Below are positions 27,201 to 34,735 of a DNA stretch of 64,000 nucleotides, in pieces. Under the pieces are notes generated by a model, which worked only from the letters and a program-made list of their open reading frames with translations, was not told where the DNA came from and made no database searches. How positions within the stretch are numbered: the first letter of the stretch is position 1; every line of letters begins with the position of its first letter. This stretch comes from a virus, in the IMG/VR virus record IMGVR_UViG_3300005688_000028, positions 27,634 to 91,633 of that record, one strand, 5' to 3'. A program made the translations under genes and the position numbers.

Positions 27201-28529
27201 GTGCCATGCCGATTCGACAAGCCGGTCCTTCTTCTCGTCGGCGTAGGCTCGACTACCAACGATGCGCTGCAACTCGGGTTTGGTGAGCTTGGCGAGCTGC
27301 GCCATGATAGCCGCCTTGTTCGCCACCGTTGCATCGAACAACCGGCGCACCTCAGCGGCAGTGATGGTGGCGTCGTTGATGCGCTGAACCATGGCGTCCA
27401 CGCCGATGGACTCCATCAAACCTTGAGCGGTCTTCTCATCGGGGGCGGGCTTCTTTGGGGCCTCCCTCTTCACCTCCCGCGCAGCCTCCTCGGCCTTCGT
27501 CGGCAGCCCCAGCCGCGCCCGGTGCTTGTCGGTCCCGTACACCGCCGCCTCCGCGCGGTCGGCCTCGAGCCGCTTCGTCGCTCGCTCCTTCTTCTCGGCC
27601 TCGTGCTTCTCGATGCCGGCCCGGTGCTCGGCATGCAGCATCGCGGAGAGCTCGGCCTTCGTGACGGTCCGGCTCTGGCCGTTCTCGTCGTGCTCAATCG
27701 TCAGCCGGTCCCCGTCCACGGCCTTGATGTGCCAGTGGCCGCCGTGGGCCATGAAGCCCGCGCCCTCGACAAAGTGCTCCTGCGCGTGGACGCCGCCGGA
27801 CCCGCGCGCGACGTGGTAGAAGTAGCGGTAACGGGGCGTCCCCTTCTTCGTGAACTTCCCGGGGATCGGCACGCGCTTGATGTAGCGGTGCGCCTTGCCC
27901 TTCATGAGCTGCGAGAAGAACGCGAGGCGCCCGTAGGCTTCGGGGAGGAGGAGCGAGCCCGGCGGAAGGCCCGCGAGCGCCTTCTTGAGCGCCTTCCCGG
28001 CGTTGTTGGGGTCAGCGATCTTGGCGCGGAAGTCGTCGATGCTCATGGTCGTGTGTCCCCCGTAGAAGCCGGGCTTCGTGTACTGCTTGCGGTAGCAGGC
28101 CAGCGCCTCGGCGACGCTCGGGAAGCCCAGCATGACCTTCTGCTCATCGTGCTCGCCGGTCTCGGGAACCCGCTGGTCCACTACTACGACCACGTCAGAC
28201 TCGAGGGCGTCACCGACGTAGACGTCGAGGCGGTCGCCATCCATGCCGCGGGCTCCCATGACACCAGCGGCCCCGCGGGCGTGTGACCTCACCTCGCCAT
28301 AGTGGGCCTGCATCGTGACCCGCCACGGCGTGCCGTTGGCGTCGACACCCTCGCGCACGTCGCCCTTGCGCTGCTCGATGTCGATCGGGATGCCCTGGAA
28401 GACCAGCGAGGCCACGAACGGGAACTCCGAACGGTTCGGCGACGGCGGCGGCATGAGGCCGGGCGAGGTTTCGCCGCGGCGGACGAGCAGGGCAGAGAGG
28501 CGGCGCGCGGCGTGGTCGAAACGGTCCAT
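24240..28529 (-). CDS. Polyvalent (DarB-like) protein: iPPase-like domain, YRYFY module, N6-adenine methyltransferase
   Basis: IEQRKG.VR.G.D..G..W...M.AHYG..DGD.LDVYVG..DEQKVMLGF; YFPTP, VLEPSAGKG, VMNPPF; start set 33 nt after late motif. Confidence 0.85.
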   Translation of the reverse strand: MDRFDHAARRLSALLVRRGETSPGLMPPPSPNRSEFPFVASLVFQGIPIDIEQRKGDVREGVDANGTPWRVTMQAHYGEVRSHARGAAGVMGARGMDGDRLDVYVGDALESDVVVVVDQRVPETGEHDEQKVMLGFPSVAEALACYRKQYTKPGFYGGHTTMSIDDFRAKIADPNNAGKALKKALAGLPPGSLLLPEAYGRLAFFSQLMKGKAHRYIKRVPIPGKFTKKGTPRYRYFYHVARGSGGVHAQEHFVEGAGFMAHGGHWHIKAVDGDRLTIEHDENGQSRTVTKAELSAMLHAEHRAGIEKHEAEKKERATKRLEADRAEAAVYGTDKHRARLGLPTKAEEAAREVKREAPKKPAPDEKTAQGLMESIGVDAMVQRINDATITAAEVRRLFDATVANKAAIMAQLAKLTKPELQRIVGSRAYADEKKDRLVESAWHSILGSFHVSSSTQWSPFSETYDAAITREVDKLTDEAIAAYSARRKKAIEEHKARIGAVIEPKTLADFKTRISLSREGERSLTPEQRVRYDELVAEDARAQAQKEHEDAHAARAKAAQERTTLAGSALATETTAKVIPGKHTKHGHNIWTVQLADRLAPDEYAKANAHAKSIGGYYSSFRGNGAIPGFVFKTDAAARQFADKFGGFGEAAQAAEPVTEPEKPGPLHGNAPARLREQADNAHARAQESLSADRKVNTARRANMAGSAEAQAMGEQAVASRMRLIADAQEAGSTKHLWGIKTRAHVEMLDNILRQAKYDRDRATREAGGKADHNETSHRAVTPEDIEHARPPEPSVHRDNLKGLAQALKDVPGAKQAAARVLKRIAQLGERDWQVKASTEQEREDFKALSDAGRLRRVETFAADDVRDQLTTWKRASEGMGIKSLPQLRAALREYVELARGAGKPKADPIKAAERALVGLKIPGYFPTPKPLADRVMQLADIKPGEKVLEPSAGKGSLADLAREQGGDVHVLEQHSGLRDVLSLKGHKVVGHDATDHAETYDKVVMNPPFDDGQDIEHVRHAFERNLKPGGKLVAIMSEGPFFRSDKKAQAFREWLEANGGTSEKNPEGSFKDSDNSTGVATRTVVVTKAPPVATVTPSEGRDPATSGGGARKYGRDDVDYDDWYSPWMKMLARSKTKHELQKMLGVATREAQKHASQHHAAIQATTSMTSQSQRRAQTGNALAGRADEAMAVRGALEIHDLFPEHAKVPSEGHDPAHTAKLDEKIARLEREVARGGPFDTQRSKAMAEAFPLGAGSMRPTGQRGGSTRSAERRMDASIDAAKRHVEAVAELRAAKARRAAYVEGRVNEQGRAIKVEPVKPVKPKAPRSPKGVHLVDSDGKALPLTPDKLRLVFGVKNEVGLSDGSRLSLDSRGDHTNIIITKPDGRQHQKAERGDDLWAGVIAMVRDHEAGRLEKATRAFGRLARLLR

Positions 28530-28549
28530 GCGGCGCAGCATCGCCGGGC

Positions 28550-30490
28550 CTACGCGGCGCGGTGAGCTTTCGTGCGCAGGCGCTTGAGCGCGAGGCGGGC
28601 GAAGGTGGCGAGCGAGCCCTTGTAGAGCTTCGACAACGCCGTCTCGGCCGCGTCTCGCGAAGCGAAGTACCAAGCCTTAGCATCCGGGTCCCAGCGGGCG
28701 CCCTTGGCCTTCAGCGCGTCCTTGTGGGCGAAGGTGTTACCGGCCACGCCCACGCGACCGCGCGACAACGGAACCATCCTGAGACCGTGCTTCTCGCCAG
28801 GCGTTGAGGCGCTGCCGCTCGGGGCCTGCGGTGTGGCTGGCTTGGGCGCAGGATTGGACGCGGCCTTGTCGCCACCACCCTTGGCCTTGTCGGCCTCGGT
28901 GAGTTCGGCCCGTGGCTGCGGCGGAACCTTGGCCTTCTGGGCCTCTTTGAAGCGGAATATCGCCTTGTCCACCTCGGGCGTCAGGGTGGCCACCTTCAGG
29001 ATGGTCCGGTCGTCGTCATATCCCAGGGTCTTGGTCGCATAGACCTTGTCGTTCTCGCGGTCGATGTAGAAGGTCCGGCCGCCGGACTTGGCGGACTCGC
29101 CATCGGTGAGGCGCTCGGCGTTGGCGGGCGGCCTCCATCTGCCGTTCTCGTCCGAGAGGCCGCCGCCGATGTCGACCTTGTGAGCCGGAACGACGCGGTC
29201 CAGCGCCTCGCGGTTGCCGGTGATGGCCCGGTCCAACAGCGCCCGGTCGGGATGCCACTGCGAGCTTTCTACCGCCTGTCTCGCATGATAGGCCGCATCG
29301 TAGGGCAACCGCTTGGACTCGTCTGCGATGTAGGCCTCGGCCTCCGCGATGTTCCGCTCGTGATTGGCCTTGAAGTAGGACGACTCCTCTTTCTCGAGCG
29401 CCTTGCGTTGGCGTTCGATGAACAGCTTTGCCAGAGCGATTCCGTCCTCACGCTGGATCTCAGCGGCGGGCTTGTCGGCGACTCGGTCGAACAGCTCCTT
29501 GTTGGCGTCGTAGTCGCGAAGCCTGTCTCGAACCAAGGTGAGGCTCGGGATCGCACGCATCCGCGTCTCGTGGCTCACGTCGAGGTCGCGCCAAGAGCCA
29601 TCCGCCGCCGCGATGCTCTCGTAGAGCTTCTTGTGCTCTGCGATGGCGTTCTTCGTGCTCTCCCATTCGCGATACGTCCGAGCCTCTTCCGGCGTCGCGC
29701 GGCGCATGGTGGCGGTCACCACCGCATGAGCATCCGCGAGGTGGTAGTCGCCCACGTCCTCCGACCACTCGCGGTCCTGCTTGGAAAGGCGCTTGGTCCG
29801 ACTCCCGACCACGACCCAGATGGACCCGTCCTTGCGCTTCTGGAAGTCTCCCGGCTCCGGCCCGGTGTCTTTGAACTGGACGGTCTCGTACTTCTCCGAC
29901 GCTGGCTTCTGCGCCTCCGCAGCCTCTTTGCGCTGCCTCAATTCGTCCGCAGACAGAAGCTCATCCTCGGTCGCTCCGAAGCCCCGCGCCCGCTTCTCCG
30001 CGGCTTCGATCTGCTTCGCTGTGCCCAGCTTGCGGACCTCGTCGAGCTCGGCCAGGGCGCGCTTCTTCTTCGCCTCGCGGTCCTTCGCGGTCTCGGCCTC
30101 CTCGGCCTTGATGCCCTCGGCATGGTGGGCTTGCAGTCGCCTCACGAGCTCGTCTTTGTGGATGCGCTCCACCTTGCCCGACTCGTCGTGCTTCACCGTG
30201 AGGTGGCCGTCCTCGTGAACGTCCTCGATGTGGTAGTGGCCTCGCTTTCCCTCGTGCTCACCCGCGAAACCAGCGCCCTTGACCCAGTGCTCGGCGTTGT
30301 CGAGACCCTTGCCGCCCTTGGCCCCGGTGAGCTTGTAGAAGTAGCGATAGCGCTGCTTGCCGCTCTTCGTGAACTTGCCGGGGATCGGAACGCGCTTGAT
30401 GTACTTGTGGTTGGCGCCCTTGATGAGCGCCATGAACATGAGCCGGCGGGCGACTCGCGGGTTGATCGGAAGCCAGATCCCCATGCTCAT
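28550..30490 (-). CDS. Putative internal virion protein: YRYFY module, unknown cargo, C-terminal DUF5710-like motif
   Basis: HKYIKRVP..YRYFY; TFAHKDALKAKGARWDPDAKAWY. Confidence 0.8.
   Translation of the reverse strand: MSMGIWLPINPRVARRLMFMALIKGANHKYIKRVPIPGKFTKSGKQRYRYFYKLTGAKGGKGLDNAEHWVKGAGFAGEHEGKRGHYHIEDVHEDGHLTVKHDESGKVERIHKDELVRRLQAHHAEGIKAEEAETAKDREAKKKRALAELDEVRKLGTAKQIEAAEKRARGFGATEDELLSADELRQRKEAAEAQKPASEKYETVQFKDTGPEPGDFQKRKDGSIWVVVGSRTKRLSKQDREWSEDVGDYHLADAHAVVTATMRRATPEEARTYREWESTKNAIAEHKKLYESIAAADGSWRDLDVSHETRMRAIPSLTLVRDRLRDYDANKELFDRVADKPAAEIQREDGIALAKLFIERQRKALEKEESSYFKANHERNIAEAEAYIADESKRLPYDAAYHARQAVESSQWHPDRALLDRAITGNREALDRVVPAHKVDIGGGLSDENGRWRPPANAERLTDGESAKSGGRTFYIDRENDKVYATKTLGYDDDRTILKVATLTPEVDKAIFRFKEAQKAKVPPQPRAELTEADKAKGGGDKAASNPAPKPATPQAPSGSASTPGEKHGLRMVPLSRGRVGVAGNTFAHKDALKAKGARWDPDAKAWYFASRDAAETALSKLYKGSLATFARLALKRLRTKAHRAA
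28562..28571 (-). promoter_or_regulatory. Late promoter motif (copy 4)
   Basis: GAAAGCTCAC-N19-GATGCT-N7-ATG. Confidence 0.75.
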
Positions 30491-32100
30491 TCTCCCTCGT
30501 CGAGACCCGGCTCGCCCTGGCCCGGCAGCCCAGCATCCATGCCCGGCACGCCCTCACCACCCTCACCTGGCATGCCGCCCATCGCGGCCGGGTCCTCGGT
30601 AGGCGTGAAGGTCCCAAGCGCCTGTAGGACGGTGCTCGACAGCGGCACGCTCAGCGCCAGAATGATTCGGTCGCGCGTCTTGTCGTCGACCTCGATCTTG
30701 TTGGCCTTGAAGTAAGCCTTGTCGATGACGGGCTTCCCGAGGCGTGACCGGCTCTCGTTCGACGAGAAGATCCCCTCGGCCTTCTTCTCGAGTTCGATCT
30801 GGGAAAGCTCCGACTCGGCGCCGTCGCCCGTGAAGCGGAACGCGAAGTCCTCATCCCAGCGGTAGATCAGGCTCTCGTTGATGCTGTCCTCGAAGGCCGT
30901 CAGCATCGGGCGCAGGCCGAACATGCGCGAGAGCTGGATCTCGTCCTTCGGGTTCGCGCCCGACAGCGGGGCGCCCGCGCCCTTGTACTCGGGCAGGCCC
31001 ACCTCGACGGGACGCATGTTCCAGTTGGCGGCCACGACCATCAGCTTGATGAGCATGAGGTCGGTGAACTCCATGTCCTTGTTCGGGTGGGCGAGGTCGA
31101 GCTTCTCGATCCGCTCGCGGCTCGCCTCTGTGCCCCCGGGGCTGAACAGCGCCATCGCCATGCGGTGCGCGTTGTTGATGCCCTTGAGCTGCGCCGTCAT
31201 CATCGCCTTGAAGGCGAGCCAGGTCTCTTTGTCGTAGTTGGCGAAGACGTTGAGCATGGTGCTCGCGTGCGTGCCGTTCCGAAAATAGACCTGATTGTAG
31301 TCGTCGGCCTCGATGTAGGCTTGCAGCGCGTCGTAAGCCTGCTGGATCTCCGGGTAGCCATACCCGAAGACCTCCATCTGCGTGCGCGGGCGGCGGACCA
31401 CGCTCAGGATCTCGTCCTCGTGCCACGTCGCCACGACCCTATCGAGGCTCGGGAGCACCTGCACGAAGCTCCCCGAGTGATAGTTGAACTCGCCCGGCCC
31501 CTCCTGCTTCTTCGGCCGCCCTCGACGCACCCACGCCGCATCCAGCGCCCGGAAGGCCCGGGGCCGCCCGCCGTTCTCGTACTGGATTTCGGCGATGGCC
31601 CAATCGTAGGTCAGCGAGTCGTCCGCGAGCATGCCCATCGTGCGATGGAAGGGCTGCAAGCGGTTGAGCATCTTCTGGATTTCCGCGAACTCCTTGCGCG
31701 CGCCCTGGCTCACCTTCGCGTCGGGGTCTCGCATCCCGAGCTGGTATCCCGGCGTCCACTGGTCGCGCGCCGGCCGGCAGTGCTCGACGAACTGCTGCTG
31801 GCGCTTGCTCTTGAAGGGCGCGCAGATACTCCGGTCGGCCGCGGCGCGAAGCGTTCGGAACGGGAGCCAGCCCGCGCCCGGGTGGCCCATGACGGGCTTG
31901 TCGCCCGAGAAGAACTTGTATTCCTCGTAAGGGTCCCAATCCGCGCCCTTGAAGGCCGCATCGTCGCCCTCGTCGGAGCGGGTCTTCAACGGGCTCTCGG
32001 GCTCGCCCCGGACCGACATCGCAGACTCGCGGCGCGCCTTGAGAAGCGGGTTCTCAGCGTCCGAGCCAACGAGCAACCTGTGCAGAAACGAACGCGCCAT
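30487..32100 (-). CDS. Portal protein
   Basis: DSLTYD...E, GYGYPEI, YN..YF.NG, KDMEF, GLRPML..ED.IN, NE.R..LG motifs. Confidence 0.92.
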   Translation of the reverse strand: MARSFLHRLLVGSDAENPLLKARRESAMSVRGEPESPLKTRSDEGDDAAFKGADWDPYEEYKFFSGDKPVMGHPGAGWLPFRTLRAAADRSICAPFKSKRQQQFVEHCRPARDQWTPGYQLGMRDPDAKVSQGARKEFAEIQKMLNRLQPFHRTMGMLADDSLTYDWAIAEIQYENGGRPRAFRALDAAWVRRGRPKKQEGPGEFNYHSGSFVQVLPSLDRVVATWHEDEILSVVRRPRTQMEVFGYGYPEIQQAYDALQAYIEADDYNQVYFRNGTHASTMLNVFANYDKETWLAFKAMMTAQLKGINNAHRMAMALFSPGGTEASRERIEKLDLAHPNKDMEFTDLMLIKLMVVAANWNMRPVEVGLPEYKGAGAPLSGANPKDEIQLSRMFGLRPMLTAFEDSINESLIYRWDEDFAFRFTGDGAESELSQIELEKKAEGIFSSNESRSRLGKPVIDKAYFKANKIEVDDKTRDRIILALSVPLSSTVLQALGTFTPTEDPAAMGGMPGEGGEGVPGMDAGLPGQGEPGLDEGE

Positions 32101-32146
32101 GCGGAGGCCCCTTTGGGGGCCAGCTTCTGCAAGCGGGCTCTGCGGT

Positions 32147-32156
32147 GTGAGCTTTC
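32147..32156 (-). promoter_or_regulatory. Late promoter motif (copy 5, portal)
   Basis: GAAAGCTCAC-N19-GAAGCT, 46 nt upstream of portal ATG. Confidence 0.75.
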
Positions 32157-32229
32157 ACGGCCGCACGGATTTGCGCACCGCGCCCGCGTTCGATACGGAG
32201 GGGGTGCCCAACGTCCGCAAGGAGGCGCC

Positions 32230-32919
32230 TTGCGAGACAATCCCCACCAGGCAGACCCTACGGTCTCGCTCTTCACCTACACGGGTGAGCGGGCCGACAA
32301 GAAACCCCAAGTCGCGTGGAAGTCGGCGTGCCGCACTGCGGCCGACCTCTACCTCGCCGAGCTCGGGAGCGACTGGCCCACCGAGGCGAACGTGGAGCGC
32401 TTCAACCGCATGGCGAAGCGGCGCTTCAACGATGCGAGATACGGGAGCGCCGTCCTCGCCGTGATCGTCGGCTGGAAGGCGTGGCTCGACGACAAGGGCA
32501 TATGGAGCGAGGGCGCGCCCCCGAAGGCCCCTTGCGACGACGGTTTGGACGTCGTGATCAACCGCTCGAGCCCCGGCGACCCGGCCGGCTTCGACAGCAT
32601 GGAGCTGTCCCCCCGAGCCCTCAAAGCTATCGCCGAGACGGTGCGGGAGACCATCTTTGGCGGTGAGCCCTCGGACGACTATTGGGGCGCCGTCATGCGC
32701 CGCGTGGGCACCGCCCTCGGGAGCGACGGCCTCAGCGCCGTCTTGAAGCTCGACCGCCACAACACCCAGGCCATCATCGCGGGCCGCAAGGTGCCCAAGC
32801 ACGTCCGCGCCGACGTCGAGAAGCTCCATGCGCTGCTCGTGCTCCGCAAGAGCGGCCTCGACCCCGACGAGGTCCGCGATCAGCTCTACGGGCTCGAAGC
32901 CCACCTCAAGGACGACTGA
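32230..32919 (+). CDS. Hypothetical protein (possible C-terminal HTH)
   Basis: AAGGAGG RBS then TTG; codon bias. Confidence 0.65.
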   Translation: MRDNPHQADPTVSLFTYTGERADKKPQVAWKSACRTAADLYLAELGSDWPTEANVERFNRMAKRRFNDARYGSAVLAVIVGWKAWLDDKGIWSEGAPPKAPCDDGLDVVINRSSPGDPAGFDSMELSPRALKAIAETVRETIFGGEPSDDYWGAVMRRVGTALGSDGLSAVLKLDRHNTQAIIAGRKVPKHVRADVEKLHALLVLRKSGLDPDEVRDQLYGLEAHLKDD

Positions 32920-33206
32920 TGCTTCTTGCCCTGATACTGCTCGCCCTGTGGGGCGCCTGGATCTGGCGCCGCCATCGCACCATGCACGACCCCTCGAAAG
33001 AGGAGGATGACCTCCTCTGGGAGCTCGGCGACTGGAAGCGCATTGCCCTGTGGGCCGCCGCCATCATGGCGGGGCTCTACCTGCTCCGCTCGGGGTGCGC
33101 GTCGTTCGTGGCCGCGTGGGGCGACGTGCCCGACGGGCCGGGGGCGTGGTTCCGCTTCTGGCGGGACTGGGTCGACGGGGTTCTTCTGTGGCCGGCGGTG
33201 TGGTGA
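32919..33206 (+). CDS. Small Trp-rich membrane protein
   Basis: TGATG coupling; two hydrophobic helices. Confidence 0.7.
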   Translation: MLLALILLALWGAWIWRRHRTMHDPSKEEDDLLWELGDWKRIALWAAAIMAGLYLLRSGCASFVAAWGDVPDGPGAWFRFWRDWVDGVLLWPAVW

Positions 33207-33430
33207 TGAGGCCCGAGCTTCCGAGGCCGCGACGGACCTACACCGTCGAAGATGCCCGCCAAGCCCGCAAAGACCTGCGCGTGCGACTGCTCGCCATCGA
33301 ACAGCGCATGACGGCACTCGAGCGGGCGAGGCACGCCAAGGCGCGCGGTGACCTCAAGGGCGGCCTCTCGTTCCCTCGGCCGTCGGCGGCGAGCTGGGCC
33401 TTTGCGAGACGGTCGCGCCGGCCCCGGTGA
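33206..33430 (+). CDS. Small basic coiled-coil protein
   Basis: TGATG coupling. Confidence 0.55.
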   Translation: MRPELPRPRRTYTVEDARQARKDLRVRLLAIEQRMTALERARHAKARGDLKGGLSFPRPSAASWAFARRSRRPR

Positions 33431-33534
33431 AGCGAAAGCCGTGGTGGAAGCGCGACGGATTCACTGCACCGATGGCGGTGATCGGGCTCTGGGTCGGCGT
33501 GGCGCTGCTCATCGCACTCCTGCGGGCGCTGTAG
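33427..33534 (+). CDS. 35-aa single-TM peptide (not in ORF track)
   Basis: GTGA coupling; MKRKPWWKRDGFTAPMAVIGLWVGVALLIALLRAL. Confidence 0.55.
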   Translation: MKRKPWWKRDGFTAPMAVIGLWVGVALLIALLRAL

Positions 33535-33537
33535 GCG

Positions 33538-34437
33538 TCAGGCCGCAACCTCTCGCCCAAGCGCCGCATCGGCCCGCTTCGCGCCATCGACCATGGCCTC
33601 GATGGTCAGCCCCGCGGCGCCCGTCTCGAGCATCCTGCGCAGGCTCATCCAGCCCTGGAAGTTGGCGTGCCGGCCCTCGCACCTCACGGCGGGGTGCTCC
33701 AACGGCGACGCATGGGGAGGCTGCGGAGACCAGAGCCGCTGGAACAGGGCCACGTCCTCGGTGTAGCTCGACGGCTCGCCCAGGTGGTTGTCGTAGCTCA
33801 CCCGGGCGCACCGCGCGGCCGAGACCACCATCGCGAGGCCCGTGCAGTCGCCAAGCTCGTCGGGGCGCTCGCCCTCGCGGATGAAAGGCAGGTGGATGGC
33901 TCGGTCGACCACCGGCGCCCCCTCCATCGCCAGCCTCATCTCGCGCGCGAGCGCCTGAAAGGTCGGCTCGGCCGCCTCATGGTCTCGAAGGCCCGCGAAG
34001 TGCCCCCACTGGTCCTCGGTCATCGTCAGGACGGTGGAGATCGTCGCGAACGGCTCGAGGATGCGATTGGCGAACTGCTTGTGCGCGTCGAGCTTCGCGA
34101 GCGCCAGGGCGTGCCCCACGGCCGCATCGCGCGCGGACCGCCACACCTTCACCGCCTCGGCATACTGGCCCCCCTCCAACGGCGCCCCAGCCTGCATGCC
34201 GCGCTTATTCTTCGCGAAGGGCGGCAGCCACGTCGACCGCGCCACCTTGGCGGCCATCTTCTCGACCGGGATGGCCCGGCTCGAGCTGCTATTGCGGCTG
34301 AACATCCGGTGCGTCAGCGCCTCGGCGTGGATATATCGCGGATATTCCAGCGCGAAGGTCACGATGCCGGGCTCGTCCCGCAGCCCTCGCGAGCGCCAGA
34401 CGTGCGGGATGGTGATGCCGAGGTCGAGCGCGCTCAC
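33538..34437 (-). CDS. thyX: FAD-dependent thymidylate synthase
   Basis: THRMFSRNSSSSRAIP, HKQFANRILEPF, SAARCARVSY, HASPLEH. Confidence 0.9.
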   Translation of the reverse strand: MSALDLGITIPHVWRSRGLRDEPGIVTFALEYPRYIHAEALTHRMFSRNSSSSRAIPVEKMAAKVARSTWLPPFAKNKRGMQAGAPLEGGQYAEAVKVWRSARDAAVGHALALAKLDAHKQFANRILEPFATISTVLTMTEDQWGHFAGLRDHEAAEPTFQALAREMRLAMEGAPVVDRAIHLPFIREGERPDELGDCTGLAMVVSAARCARVSYDNHLGEPSSYTEDVALFQRLWSPQPPHASPLEHPAVRCEGRHANFQGWMSLRRMLETGAAGLTIEAMVDGAKRADAALGREVAA

Positions 34438-34715
34438 CCGAGCACCGCGAAGACTTCGGACTCGCTCATCACGAGCAGCGTCTCGCCCTCGTGCTTTACC
34501 TCGGTCCCGGCCTTGCGCCCGAACAGGACGCGGTCGCCCACCTTCACCTCGGGCGGGATGAGCACGCCGCGCTCGGTGACGCGGCCCGAACCCACGGCCA
34601 GGACTTCGCCCCGCGTGGACTTCTCGACCACGACTTCGGGTAGGTGTAGGCCGCTCGCGGTCTTGGTCTCGTTCTCGATGCGGCGGATGATGAGGCGGTC
34701 ACGAAGGGGTCGCAT
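34434..34715 (-). CDS. groES: Co-chaperonin GroES
   Basis: MRPLRDRLIIRR..ETKTASGL.LP..GEVLAVGSG..VKVGDRVLF. Confidence 0.95.
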   Translation of the reverse strand: MRPLRDRLIIRRIENETKTASGLHLPEVVVEKSTRGEVLAVGSGRVTERGVLIPPEVKVGDRVLFGRKAGTEVKHEGETLLVMSESEVFAVLG

Positions 34716-34735
34716 TCTCTCTCCTGTGGCGCCCG

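Noticed and set aside
18071-30490. Single read-through polyprotein or recoded stop codons across the four cargo genes
   Set aside because: Frames differ between most neighbours, two have their own promoter motif, and standard-code ORFs are intact throughout the window
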